DNA of 64,000 nt from Octopus sinensis (Eukaryota), in NCBI RefSeq assembly GCF_006345805.1, contig NC_042999.1:166656001-166720000 (forward strand). Direction: 5' to 3'. This document shows positions 1 to 12,229 of the stretch, piece by piece. The translations under genes were made by a program, and so were the position numbers. The notes beneath the pieces are model-generated. The model made no database searches, had not been told where the DNA came from, and worked only from the letters and a program-made list of their open reading frames with translations. The first letter of the stretch is position 1. Every line of letters begins with the position of its first letter.

Positions 1-600
1 CTGAAGCATTTTGCCCAGCAAAACGATTCTGCCAGCTCACCCACCTTTCAAAACAATCAAATCAATTACACATGTCAAATAAACTTTATTTTCATTTACA
101 TATTTTCTACATTATCTCAACAACCAGCTATAGTTATTTCAAATACACTTCTCTACAATGATCAGGTATCATTACAGAATGAAAATAATTTCTCACTTTC
201 AATTTCAACCAAAATTACAAAGTGTTGCATTACGAGAGTGACGATGTGAAGGTAATGTTTCTCTGAATTAATCGCATGTGTATTATAATAAAGAAAGCTG
301 CTTATTATCTATCTACCAAATGAACTATGTTTTTGACTCAACAATTCTTTTTTACAACTAAAATAACCTTGCCAACTAGGTTGGGTCGCACAATTTTGAG
401 TTCATTTCCAGACAGTATTTTGATTTGCTTCTAATGTATCATTTTCGTTCAATGTTTTACACATGCATAGAATTCTATTCAGACAAACATTTATAAAAAT
501 GTACGCATAAATATTGTATTAAAATAAGCCACAAACAAAAAAATTTGCATTAAAATACATCAGTTTTTTTAAAAAAAGATGTATGCATGTGTATTTATAG

Positions 601-657
601 GTAAAGGTCAAGAATATGCACTCCTGGTGTTTACAGTTAGGGTTACGCCAAAAACAG
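601..657 (+). CDS. Candidate upstream coding exon of the + strand gene (VKVKNMHSWCLQLGLRQKQ in phase 0)
   Basis: tatttatAG acceptor, 57 nt open reading, CAG|GT donor. Not connected by phase to the 5137 exon, so intervening exons would be required. Confidence 0.35.
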
Positions 658-804
658 GTGGTGTGTGTATTCTTTACCTCTGCCTATTTATGTATGTGTA
701 TATGAAAGATAATGTGTGAGTGTGTGAGAGAGAGAGATAGAGTGAGTGAGTGCCACTTGCACATACATGCAAAAAAATTTCATACATCACAACACACACC
801 TTCA

Positions 805-849
<45 letters not shown>

Positions 850-1066
850 GTGCGTCCATTACACATACATCTTACACTTTCTCCTCTCACTTCAAAGCAA
901 ATGTCACCTTTTCATTTTATCCTCTCTTTCAATTTCTGCTCTCTTCAAAGCATACAGAAATTAAACCAATTTTATGGAAATTAACAAACAATCATATGAT
1001 CTCATATATGTTGAGTTGACAACTTTGCTTCTTCAAATGAAAGAATGCCATAAAACAGCTTCCTTT

Positions 1067-1104
<38 letters not shown>

Positions 1105-1471
1105 AGGTAAAACTTCTGTGCAAATTATGTTAATTCTTGCAGTGTGCACGTGCAAATTTGTAGCTCCAACCCAATTGAAATGATCTTTTTACTATTGTGT
1201 AATTTATGTTTGTGATGAGTGTATTTAAAAATCTGATCTTCAATATAAATTTAAAAGGAAGTTTTCCCAGAAATTCTGTCCTTTACCTCTTCTTTCTATC
1301 ATCTCCCTTCGCCCTTCACTATCAAAAGAATAACTTCCATTATTTCATCAACTATACATCAGCTATGCCGATTCTGCCCATAAGAAAGGAGCAAATCATA
1401 CAATGTGCTTGTAGGTCATAACACATGGGTAACACTGGTATGCATTGCTAGTATAGTCTATTTGTGCTCAG

Positions 1472-1850
1472 GAGGCGCAATGGCCCAGTGGTTAGGGCAG
1501 CGGACTCGCGGTCGTAGGATTGTGGTTTCGATTCCCAGACCGGCTGTTGTGAGTGTTTATTGAGCGAAAACACCTAAAGTTCGACGAGGCTCCGGCAGGG
1601 ATGGTGGTGATCCCTGCTGTACTCTTTCACCACAACTTTCTCTCACTCTTACTTCCTGTTTCTGTTGTACCTGTATTTCAAAGGGCCGGCCTTGTCACTC
1701 TGTGTCACGCTGAATATCCCCGAGAACTACGTTAAGGGTACACGTGTCTGTGGAGTGCTCAGCCACTTACACATTAATTTCACGAGCAGGCTGTTCCGTT
1801 GATTCAGATCAACCGGAACCCTCGTCGTCATAACTGACGGAGTGCTTCCA
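1472..1850 (+). mobile_element. tRNA-derived SINE, family A
   Basis: A/B boxes (TGGCCCAGTGG, GGTTTCGATTCC); near-identical copies at 7629-8012 and 57391-57771. Confidence 0.9.
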
Positions 1851-1971
1851 TCATAACACATGGGTAACACTGGTATGCATTGTTAGTATAGTCTATTTGT
1901 GCTCAGTTTAACATCATAAGCAGTTTTATTTAAAGTGTTATGACTCTTAGAAGTATTTTGTTTTATGTATA

Positions 1972-2483
1972 ACTAGCAGTATCGCCCGGTGTTGCTCGGG
2001 TTTGTAAGGGAAATAACTATATAAGCATTTTTAGAGAGTTACTTCCCTTATAGATGCCAATTCGGGCTTTCTTAGCCATTTCTGTTTTGGTGTCTTCAAG
2101 CCATGAAGTCGTTGTTCTAAAAGAACGCTGGTCTCCTTGACAACGCTTTACGACGTTGATTTCCTTACACTCCCTTCCCCACAGCTTCACGAGGGAGGGA
2201 AGGGGGAGAAGCAAACAGGTGCAGCTGTGAGCGTGGACGCCAACTCCGCCGCCATCGACACACGAAAAATTATGCATTAAAATGGAATAAAAAATGATGT
2301 TAAATTATTTTTAAAATCGTAGGCTCATCGTAGACACGCGCTAATACTCAGACGGGCTCGATATGAATCACGACTATAAGATACCCAAATTTGGTTAAAC
2401 TGCACCGCAAAATGTGGGAGGAGTTAGGAATCTAAATCATAGGAGACAGACACTCACACAACTACAGTTTTATATATATAGAT
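1972..2483 (+). mobile_element. Non-autonomous Helitron-like (HINE/Lep1-type) element
   Basis: ACTAGCAG...CCCGG-GTTG-CTCGGG 5' hairpin, AGACAGAC near the 3' end, TTTTATATATA(A)GAT terminus; no TIR or TSD. Confidence 0.7.
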
Positions 2484-3142
2484 TTACCAAGTTTCGGGCT
2501 ACTGAGAATAACTTGATGTGGTGTTTCTTGGGCATCAGCAATAAATATGAAATTAAAAAAATTGAAACCAGAAACTCAAAACATCTTCAGATTTTCATTC
2601 TCTGGGAGCATATTCTTCTGTCTTATGATCATTGTTGTTGTTGATTGATGCTTTTATCTGGTTGTTGTTGTTGTTGTTGTTGTTTGAAGCTCAGTTTCAA
2701 GCAAAGTATTTATTTTTTGGCTGTAAATTTGCTTTAACCTAAGGCCAGAACTCTCTGAAGTATGTGTGCTACATTTAGTAATACTATTTTGGAGTGTGTT
2801 TGAAGTGTATGATATCTGGGACCCCACCTATTCTATGTCTATGTTTGCTTAACTGTTGCCTACTACTCCAGTTATAATAGAGATGTTCTTTTTATTCATA
2901 TTCATCATTAAATCCTTGTACAGTACTGGACTTTTTATCCAACTTCTAGGAGTTAAGAATTTCCAGAAATCCAGGAATTCTGTGCAATATACTGTACCCT
3001 GAATTGAGTAAACAAACCTTGTTTTTGAAGTTCGTTACTTTGCATATGGTGTATTAAAAGTTTTCTTATTTAATTTTTTGAGTAGATTAATGAATATTAA
3101 ACATAACCTGCTTTAGAATTGCATTAATTTGTACCTGTATCT

Positions 3143-3570
3143 CATCATCATCATTTAGCGTCCGCTTTCCATGCTAGCATGGGTTGGACGGTTCAGCTGG
3201 GGTCTGTGAAGCCAGAAGGCTGCATCAGGCCCAGTCTGATCTGGCAGTGTTTCTACGGCTGGATGCCCTTCCTAACGCCAACCACTCCATGAGTGTAGTG
3301 GGTGCTTTTTACGTGCCACCCGCACAGGTGCCAGATGGAGCTGGCAAACAGCCATGGATGGATGGTGCTTTTTACGTTCCACCGGCACGGGGGCCAGGCG
3401 AGGCTGGCAACAGCCATGAATGGATGGTGCTTTTTATGTGCCACCGGCACGGAGGCCAGTCGGGGCGGCGCTGGCAACGGGCACGATTGGATGGTTCGCT
3501 TACTTGTCACTGGCACTGGTATCACAGCTGCAATTTCCATTGATGTTGATCAACTTCGATTTTGGTTCTG
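3143..3570 (-). mobile_element. RTE 3' UTR-only insertion
   Basis: Matches 28147-28560; catcat tail. Confidence 0.85.
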
Positions 3571-5136
3571 TTAAATAAAATCCATGTTCCTTACTGTCCT
3601 TCATTTATTTTTCATCATATAAACTTTATGCTGTCTAGTACAATATATTTTAAAGAATTTTTAAGAGGATTAATAAATATCAAACAGACCCTGCTTTAAA
3701 AGCTTATTAATTTGTATTTGTTAAATACAACTTTTTACTTTTCATAGTTTATTTTATATCTTAAATATTTACTTGGACTGTCTCTAGAAAACCAGCAAAT
3801 CTGGTCCCGAGCTTGTCAGATAAGTGGTCTGGTACTACTATATTTTGAAAATTTCTCAGACATTTTCAAAGTAGTGTTCCAATCAAAGAGACTGAGAAAT
3901 CACTAAAGAGAAATTCTTTTGTAGCTCCAACTTTTGAAATAGTAGTTGCCTGGTTTGTTTTGATTTCTCTGACAGTTAGCTGCTGTCTCTGAGTTTTCCA
4001 GTCACAGATTTTGCAAAGTAGTTATAGTGTCTGTTATTTGTCTTGACTAGTTTTATTTATTTATTGCCCAGTGAATAACTACCTATTTGATTATGCTGGA
4101 GACAACATAGTCAATTGCTTTCAGGAATTCCCTGTATGACTGGTATTATTTATTTATTTGATTGGTTGACTTTGAGAGTTGACTTAGTATTTATTGTACA
4201 ACAATTATGTAAGAAATTTCTTTTAGCTTTTAGCCTAATGTTGTCTTTCTCTTGCATTTACCTAAATCTTGCTTCATCTTTGCAATGTATGGGTTTACTT
4301 TACTGGCTCCTTTTAAACATATTTTGAAATTTCAGATTTTTAGCTGATGTGCTGTTCTTAACTTCAGTTATTTTTCATATTTCCAATCTATAAGATGTAT
4401 CTATTTGCTTCCTTATCTATAGAAAGAATTTCTTTCTTTCTCATGTTCCCTAAATAATTTGTAAAATCTCCCCTTATTTTCTAAATGGTACATTTTGTCT
4501 TAACTCATCTTTAGTAAATTTTTAAGACTTACCAATCTGAAAGCTGTTGTTTTGTAAGCGTGTGTAATGCAGTACAATTGCACTTAGATTCCTGTTTAAA
4601 GAGATCTTATGAACTTTTCAGATATTTATCAATATTTATTTTCTGGAAAATCCACTCACTTTTATGCTGTTTATTAGACATTGCCTCATATCAACTTCTG
4701 CCAACCTCAAATGTTTACAGAGTATTATTCAAACAGACTTTTGTTTAGTAGAATTATAACTCAATATATTCTCACCATTCACTTCAGTAAATTATTCTAG
4801 TAATACCTACATACCCAGGTAGTGTATTTACCTTTATTTACTTCTCAGATTCTACAGTAAATATTATTTCTCCAGTGATTGCTCTGTTATAGAATTTCTG
4901 ACCTATGAAAGAACTTAAGTATTTTTCAAACACTTAGGAGTTAAAAAATATTAGTTGTCCAGACCTACATTTCTGAGAGCCATTAGTATAGCTGTTTCTT
5001 TCTGAAACAGCTGCCAGGAAAATAAAGTTGTTGTATCTTTTCTATTATGAAAAGTATTGTCTATAACAATTCCATCACTCCAGTCTGTCACAGTTGCTTT
5101 AATACTGCCTACTTCTCTTCGTCTTTCTCCTTGTAG

Positions 5137-5259
5137 TTCATCTGAAGTTAAATCCAGGCATCACCAAGAAAATCTCATCCAGTTATTGCGTCAAAAATTT
5201 GAAGATGTAAAAGAAGATAAAGCGTTTTCTTTGCACGATACTTTAGAGAAAATAGAGAA
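5137..5259 (+). CDS. Internal coding exon of an unnamed spliced gene (SSEVKSRHHQENLIQLLRQKFEDVKEDKAFSLHDTLEKIE)
   Basis: ttctccttgtAG acceptor, GTAATT donor, open frame, phase 2/2; joins in frame to 5373. Confidence 0.8.
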
Positions 5260-5372
5260 GTAATTAAATATTGCTTAAAGCCTATTTATTGTAGATATGT
5301 TACTCAATTTAATATGTTTTCTCAAAAGATATTTATATAAAAGAATTGCTTGAATTTCCTTCATTATTGCAG

Positions 5373-5516
5373 AGAAAATTTGTTAGTCTGTCAGAGCAAG
5401 TATCGAGCAATATCAGCAGACCATTTCAGTTACCGCCATGTCCTGAATGAAATGCGTAGGAAAACAGTTTCTCAGTTCAACAAATTTGATGAAAAGATTG
5501 TTCCAGATAATAATTG
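5373..5516 (+). CDS. Internal coding exon (KENLLVCQSKYRAISADHFSYRHVLNEMRRKTVSQFNKFDEKIVPDNNW)
   Basis: cattattgcAG acceptor, TG|GTGAGT donor, 144 nt open in the frame set by the previous exon; 113-nt intron. Confidence 0.85.
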
Positions 5517-7330
5517 GTGAGTTGAGATTTCTAATATTATAAATTAATTTTTTTTTACCTTCATAGCTATTGGAAAAGGGTAACCTATTGTAAAGCTGAT
5601 GTATATAGATGGCATTCAAATTGATGAGGCATTCCATGTTTTCTGTCCAGCCCATAGACTAGCATGGGAAGTGGACATAAAAGGAGGAGGAGGAGGGAGA
5701 GGTGAAGGATGATGGTGGTGGCAGTGGCTGCAGTCATGTGATGATAATGATGTGAAAAATCATAAATTAAAGCATATGGGTTAATGTGATGTTTAATTAA
5801 AGATTTAAGGAATTCATCGAATGATAGTTGTGGGTTGCAAATTAACATAATTATTACTGAAAAAAGTGATAGACTTGATGAAGTTCTGAACCTCTGTTTC
5901 CCTTGTTGCAGGCACTCTTCTTAGATAAGATATTTAGTTTGTTTAAGCCTCCATGCCTATTATAAATCAAAGAGTTGTATTTCACAACTGCAAGGAACAC
6001 AAGCTTATTAGACACCTCAGTTTTAATAGTCTTTTCTTGAACTACTATTTACAAGTCACCCAAACCCTGGCTTTCATCATTTTCAACATCATAATTTTTA
6101 TATTTGCTTTCCATACTGGCATGAGTTGGACCATAGTTGCCATGGTCCAAGTCAGCTCCTGTTGAGAGTAACTGCCATCTAAGATGGTTCAAAGGATCCT
6201 GTCTTGCTAGTACCTTTCATTTTTTAGTTGATCCCTAAAACTGGATGCCCTTCTTATCACCAACTCCTTTACAAAGTGTACTGGATTCATTTTATCATGG
6301 CACAAACACTAAAGATGTTATCATTCCTCAGTAAGACCATGTTGTCCCTGCTTGTTTGCCAATCATTTTACTGTGTGCACTGGGTACATTTTATCATGCT
6401 GCCACCACCAGTGAGGCTTCCTTATATCTCATAAGGCCAGAAGTTCCCCTCTACTCTCTGATGTGTTCATTCACTCAAGGTGACAAGTGTGTGAAGATAA
6501 ATAGAAGAGAGTTAGAGTTACTTGAAAGACAGGGAGTGAGTGATAAGGAGATAACTGATGGAGAGAAGAATGGATATCAAAGACTGAGAAGCCAGCAGAT
6601 GTAGACTCTGGTAAGGATATATTATTAGGCAAGTGCTCTGAATGTGTGCTCTGAATGTTAACTCTTTCTTGGGTTGGCTTTGACTTTTAGCTTCACTTCC
6701 TCTATCAATAAAATAAGTACCACTGGGGGCTGATTAAATTTACTACACCATTCCCTCAAGAAGCTTGTACTCTTGTACAGCTGTAATTGATTATTATTAT
6801 TATTATTATTAAGGTGGTGAGCTGGCCGAGTTGTTAGCATGCCAGGCAAAGTGTTTAGCAGCATTTCGTCTGTCTCTACATTACATTCTGAGTTCAAATT
6901 CTGCTGGGGTTAACTTTGCCTTTCATCCTTTTGGGATCAATGAAATAAGTACCAGTCAAGTACTGGGGTTGATGTAATTGACTATCTCCCTCCCCTGAAT
7001 TTCAGCCCTTGTGCCTATAGTAGAAAGGATCATCGTCATCATCACCGTCACCATCATCATCATTATTATTATTATTATTATTAAGGCAGCAAGCTGACAT
7101 TCATTTGTGTATCAAGCAAACTGCTGAGCTGCATTTCTTTTGGATTATTCACATTCTAAGTTCTAATCTTTCCACTGATGTTAACTTTGCCTTTCATCCT
7201 TTTGGGGTCAATAAAATATATTATCAGCCAAATAATTGTGTTTAAGTAATCAAGTAGCTCACGAAAAAGAAAAGAAAGAAATTGCTGGCATTGTGCATAA
7301 GTTTAAAACCATTATTGTCATTGGCATCAG

Positions 7331-7421
7331 GTTTGTGGAACTTCAGGAGAAAATTCCGTCAGCTTTAAAGTCTCTCTGGTATTATAAAGCAATACTTCAT
7401 AAGCTTTCCAAATTCAGTTTT
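7331..7421 (+). CDS. Internal coding exon (FVELQEKIPSALKSLWYYKAILHKLSKFSF)
   Basis: ggcatcAG acceptor, GTAAGT donor; 91 nt converts phase 2 to phase 0, exactly as needed to reach 8597. Confidence 0.85.
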
Positions 7422-7628
7422 GTAAGTATCCTATATTTTCTTCTTCTTTTCTAACTTCATTGGGTTGTAAATACCACAGCAAGTTAAAAAAATATTTAAT
7501 AGACATATATATATATATATATATATTAGACAGACAAATTTATTGATTATATAGTTATCACTTTGTATCAGTGATATTTTCTCCAGAAATGGAAGGCATA
7601 CATTAAGTACATAAATTAATGCAAATGA

Positions 7629-8012
7629 TGGAAGCACTCCGTCGGTTACGACGATGAGGGTTCCGGTTGATCTGAATCAACGGAACAGCCTGTTCGTGAA
7701 ATTAACGTGTAAGTGGCTGAGCACTCCACAGACACGTGTACCCTTAACGTAGTTCTCGGGGATATTCAGCGTGACACAGAGAGTGACAAGGCCGGCCCTT
7801 TGAAATACAGGTACAACAGAAACAGGAAGTAAGAGTGAGAGAAAGTTGTGGTGAAAGAGTACAGCAGGGATCACCACCATCCCCTGCCGGAGCCTCGTGG
7901 AGCTTTTAGGTGTTTTCGCTCAATAAACACTCACAACGCCCGGTCTGGGAATCGAAACCGCGATCCTATGACCGCGAGTCCGCTGCCCTAACCACTGGGC
8001 CATTGTGCCTCC
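7629..8012 (-). mobile_element. tRNA-derived SINE, family A
   Basis: Full length; about 10-bp TSD TAATGCAAAT. Confidence 0.9.
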
Positions 8013-8596
8013 ACTAATGCAAATAACAAACTTGATAATAATGTAACTTTTTCAATTATATGGGTTTGAGTTTTTCTTATGAAATATATGACTCCATATG
8101 CATGTTCATTTATAGCCTGCTATGTATTGGTACTCTAATTATTGATATCAATGAAATATTTAAGTGTTAATTATATATTTTCTTTTTTTTTTTTAATGTT
8201 CATCTTAAATGACAATTACTTCTTGTAAACCCAAATTGCCTCAGTTTCTAAAAATAACAACAGGTTTTATAACTGCTTTGAGGTTAACCCATAATGAGCG
8301 GGAGGTGTATCCAACTTATAAAAAGAACTGATTCCATTAAAATATGTAAACCTTTTAATTTGCTAAAACCTTGTCATCTCTGTTAGGTTAGAAAAATGGA
8401 TGCTAACTAAAAAGAAACCATTCTGATAAAAAGAATATATAATTTTGAAATCTTATCCATGTTTTGCCTTCAAGAAAGAGCTTTGATTAATTCCTATAAC
8501 TTTCAAGATAAAAAAGAATTCAATGTACTTTTTCTTTTTCAAGAAATATTTTTAAATTACAATCTAATATGTACAATTGTGTAATGTGATCTTCAG

Positions 8597-8857
8597 GTGA
8601 AATTTGGTGAGAGGTTAAGTGCTTATAAGTTCCTGAAAGTCCTCTCAACATTGGAACCTTGGGATATATGCAGTCCTGATATCAGTGCTGCTATAGAATT
8701 TTGTCGAGCAAAAATTACTGATATTACAATTGAAGAATATGAGATTTGGTTCAGACAGCAATTTCCAGCTATTTACCGACCAGAGACAGCTCCTGCCTCC
8801 ACAAGGAAATCCAACTCTCATCATGCCTTTAGCAGGACTTTGACCTTAAAGACGTAA
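8597..8857 (+). CDS. Terminal coding exon of the unnamed gene (VKFGERLSAYKFLKVLSTLEPWDICSPDISAAIEFC...TLTLKT*)
   Basis: gatcttcAG acceptor, protein-like composition, TAA stop, AATAAA at 9093. Family not recognised. Confidence 0.88.
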   Translation: MKFGERLSAYKFLKVLSTLEPWDICSPDISAAIEFCRAKITDITIEEYEIWFRQQFPAIYRPETAPASTRKSNSHHAFSRTLTLKT

Positions 8858-9092
8858 TATACTGTGCCATTGTTTTGTTGTTCAATGTAAGAGTTATTTC
8901 ATTGGTTGTAATAGATATTTAACAAATCTGTAATAATTAATTGGATGAGGAAATGAGGAGGAAATGTGTTGTGTTAGTTCTGTGATCCATCTCTGAGATG
9001 TTTGTTGTTGGATGCAAGTCAAAATGGTATATTTAGTAAAATACATGTAAATCATATATCAGTAAATAATGTAATTTTTCTTTTTATTATTC

Positions 9093-9098
9093 AATAAA
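9093..9098 (+). promoter_or_regulatory. Polyadenylation signal of the + strand gene
   Basis: AATAAA about 235 nt after the stop codon, with further AATAAA copies near 9129-9138. Confidence 0.55.
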
Positions 9099-9650
9099 TT
9101 TATTTCAACCATGAATCAAAAAATAATGAATAAATAAATTTATGTAAATTTTATAACCTAAAATGGTTTACCTGCAGTTATAATTTAATTACAACTATAA
9201 TTTTATTCATTAATAAAATCAGTCACAGCTAATCACTGAGAGAAATTGTCAATTCATTTCATATCTTTTTCTCACAGCATAATTATTTTTGATGATTTAT
9301 TACTTAAATATCCTTTAACTTTTACTTGTTTTTAGTCATTAGACTGTGGCCATACTGGGGTACCTCCCTGAAGAATTTTAGTCAAACAAATTGACCTAAG
9401 TACTTATTTTCTTAAACTTGGTACTGATTCTATCAGTCTCCTTTGCTGAGCTACTAAGTTATGGGGATGTAAACACACCAACACTTGTTGTCAAGCAGTG
9501 GTGAGGACAAACAGACACAAAGACTCTTACACACACACACACTCACGAGGGGCTTCTTTCAGTTTCCATCTACCAAATCTACTCAAGTCTTTAGTTGGCC
9601 TGATGCTATAATAAAAGACACTTGCACATGGTCCCACATTTTTTATGAGC

Positions 9651-10490
9651 TAATTTCCACAAGTGCACTTATATACTAATTTCCACAAGTGCACTTATAT
9701 ACTAATTTCCACAAGTGCACTTATATACTAATTTCCACAAGTGCACTTATATACTAATTTCCACAAGTGCACTTATATACTAATTTCCACAAGTGCACTT
9801 ATATACTAATTTCCACAAGTGCACTTATATACTAATTCCACAAGTGCACTTATATACTAATTTCCACAAGTGCACTTATATACTAATTTCCACAAGTGCA
9901 CTTATATACTAATTCCACAAGTGCACTTATATACTAATTTCCACAAGTGCACTTATATACTAATTTCCACAAGTGCACTTATATACTAATTTCCACAAGT
10001 GCACTTATATACTAATTTCCACAAGTGCACTTATATACTAATTTCCACAAGTGCACTTATATACTAATTTCCACAAGTGCACTTATATACTAATTTCCAC
10101 AAGTGCACTTATATACTAATTTCCACAAGTGCACTTATATACTAATTTCCACAAGTGCACTTATATACTAATTTCCACAAGTGCACTTATATACTAATTT
10201 CCACAAGTGCACTTATATACTAATTTCCACAAGTGCACTTATATACTAATTTCCACAAGTGCACTTATATACTAATTTCCACAAGTGCACTTATATACTA
10301 ATTTCCACAAGTGCACTTATATACTAATTTCCACAAGTGCACTTATATACTAATTTCCACAAGTGCACTTATATACTAATTTCCACAAGTGCACTTATAT
10401 ACTAATTTCCACAAGTGCACTTATATACTAATTTCCACAAGTGCACTTATATACTAATTTCCACAAGTGCACTTATATACTAATTTCCAC
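9651..10490. repeat. Minisatellite: 32 copies of the 26-bp unit TAATTTCCACAAGTGCACTTATATAC
   Basis: Direct reading; only two units vary, each missing one T. Confidence 0.97.
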
Positions 10491-11414
10491 ACCTCCTCTA
10501 CATTTACTCAGTGAATCACTTATCAATACTTTAGTAAGTACAGTGATGTATGTGCTTCACTGAGTAGGTCTGATTAACATTTCTGGTTTAGGTACAAGGC
10601 TAACAGCTTTCAGGGAAGGGGATTAGTCAATTGCATGAACCCTAGGACTGGACTGGCACATTTTTTATTTGACTCTGGAGGGATGATAAAGGTCAGGTTG
10701 AGGTTGGTAAGATTTGAACTCAGAACATAAAGTGCTGGAATAAATACTGCAAAGTACTTTTTCTAATGTTCTAATGATCTGCCAATACACTTCTCTGGGG
10801 TCTTTTGATAATACCAGAATATGCTGTTTGATCTTATTACACACCCAAACGTGGCACTCATAGAATCATTTAAGGATTTGGAAAAAAAAAAATGTTTAGC
10901 ACTATTTGTTCTAGATCTTTATATTCTGAGTTCAAATCTCACCAAAGTCAACTTTATTTTTTATATCTCCAGGGCTGATAAAGTAAAGTACCAATGTGAT
11001 ACTGGTGTCAATGAAATCATCTGCCTCACTTCCTTCAAAATTTCAGGCTTTTTGCTTCGATAAGGAACATTTATAACATATCCATTTAAAATATGTTTTA
11101 TCTCTTACTTGTTTCATTCATTTGACTGCAGCCATGCTGGAGCACGGCCTTAAAGGGTTTTTGGTCAAACAAATCAACCCCAGGACTTATGCTTTTGTTA
11201 TACGGTGCTGAGTTTTACAATCCTGTAAATAATAATAATGGTGTTTTTATATAAGCTTAAAGCAATCACCGTGCAATGACTAAGGAAAATATTTGGAGTC
11301 CCACATGGATAGAAAAGCCTACTTTTTTCTGTTGAGGGCTTATATGCCCTATTATTAGACTATTTTTCTTAGTCATTGCACAGTGATACTATAAGTTTTA
11401 AGCTTATATAAATA

Positions 11415-11450
<36 letters not shown>

Positions 11451-12229
11451 CAAGCTTCTTTCAGTTTCCGTCTACCAAATCCACTCACTAGGCTTTGGTT
11501 GGTCCAAAGCTACAGTAGAAGAGACTTGTCCAAGGTGTCACGCAGTGGGACCAAAACTGGAACCATGTGGTTGGGAAGGAAGCTTCTTACCACACAGCCC
11601 CACACCTGGCCATTGTAGTAAAATAATGAAATGATTTTGTTGTAGTTTCCCTGATGCATTGTAGTCTGTACTCTGCAATAAAGTCTTAGCATAAAATCTG
11701 TAGGTATAAGGTTTTTCTGGACGCGGGAAAAGTTTCTCTACAATTTAGCTCCTTCAGACTATCATCTCTTTGGCCTCTTGAAAGAGGGTTTGAGAGGCAA
11801 ACATTATTCCAGTGACGAGGAAGTGAAAACTGAAGAAGTGGCTCAAAGAACAGTCAACAGAATTTTTTTCGGGGCAGGGATACATGCTCTCATTCGAAGG
11901 TGGAACATTGCTATTGAGAGAAATGGTGACTATGTTGAGAAGTAGGGATCTGATCCACAGAGGACCAGCTTCATTTTGATGTATGATACATGTTCCTGTG
12001 TTGGCAGTTATACCTGTCCTAAACAAAATGGCATTACGTTTTAACTCACCCTCATACATACATACATATATATGATAGGCTTCTTTCAGTTTCCGTCTAC
12101 CAAATCCACTCAGAAGGCTTTGGTTGGCCCGAGGCTATAGTACAAGACGCATGCAGTGGGACTGAACCCGGAACCATGTGGTTGGTAAGCAAGCTGCTTA
12201 ACACACATGGAAAAAAGTAAGTACTAAAT

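Noticed and set aside
1472-1545. SINE heads as tRNA genes
   Set aside because: A/B boxes are present but there is no complete cloverleaf, and they continue into SINE bodies.
3184-3574. ORFs such as MDGSAGVCEARR... and similar ones at 15207, 18619 and 28253
   Set aside because: Antisense reading of the GC-rich RTE 3' UTR, repeated in every copy.
5911-5980. Extra exon of the + gene after a good-looking acceptor
   Set aside because: Stops in all three frames; 5516 joins 7331 in frame without it.
9651-10490. CRISPR array
   Set aside because: No spacers, no cas genes, eukaryotic context; it is a pure tandem repeat.
11711-11765. Hammerhead on the - strand near the decayed Penelope element
   Set aside because: Has GAAAC..GTC and a possible 4-bp stem I, but the CUGANGA core and stem II are not intact.
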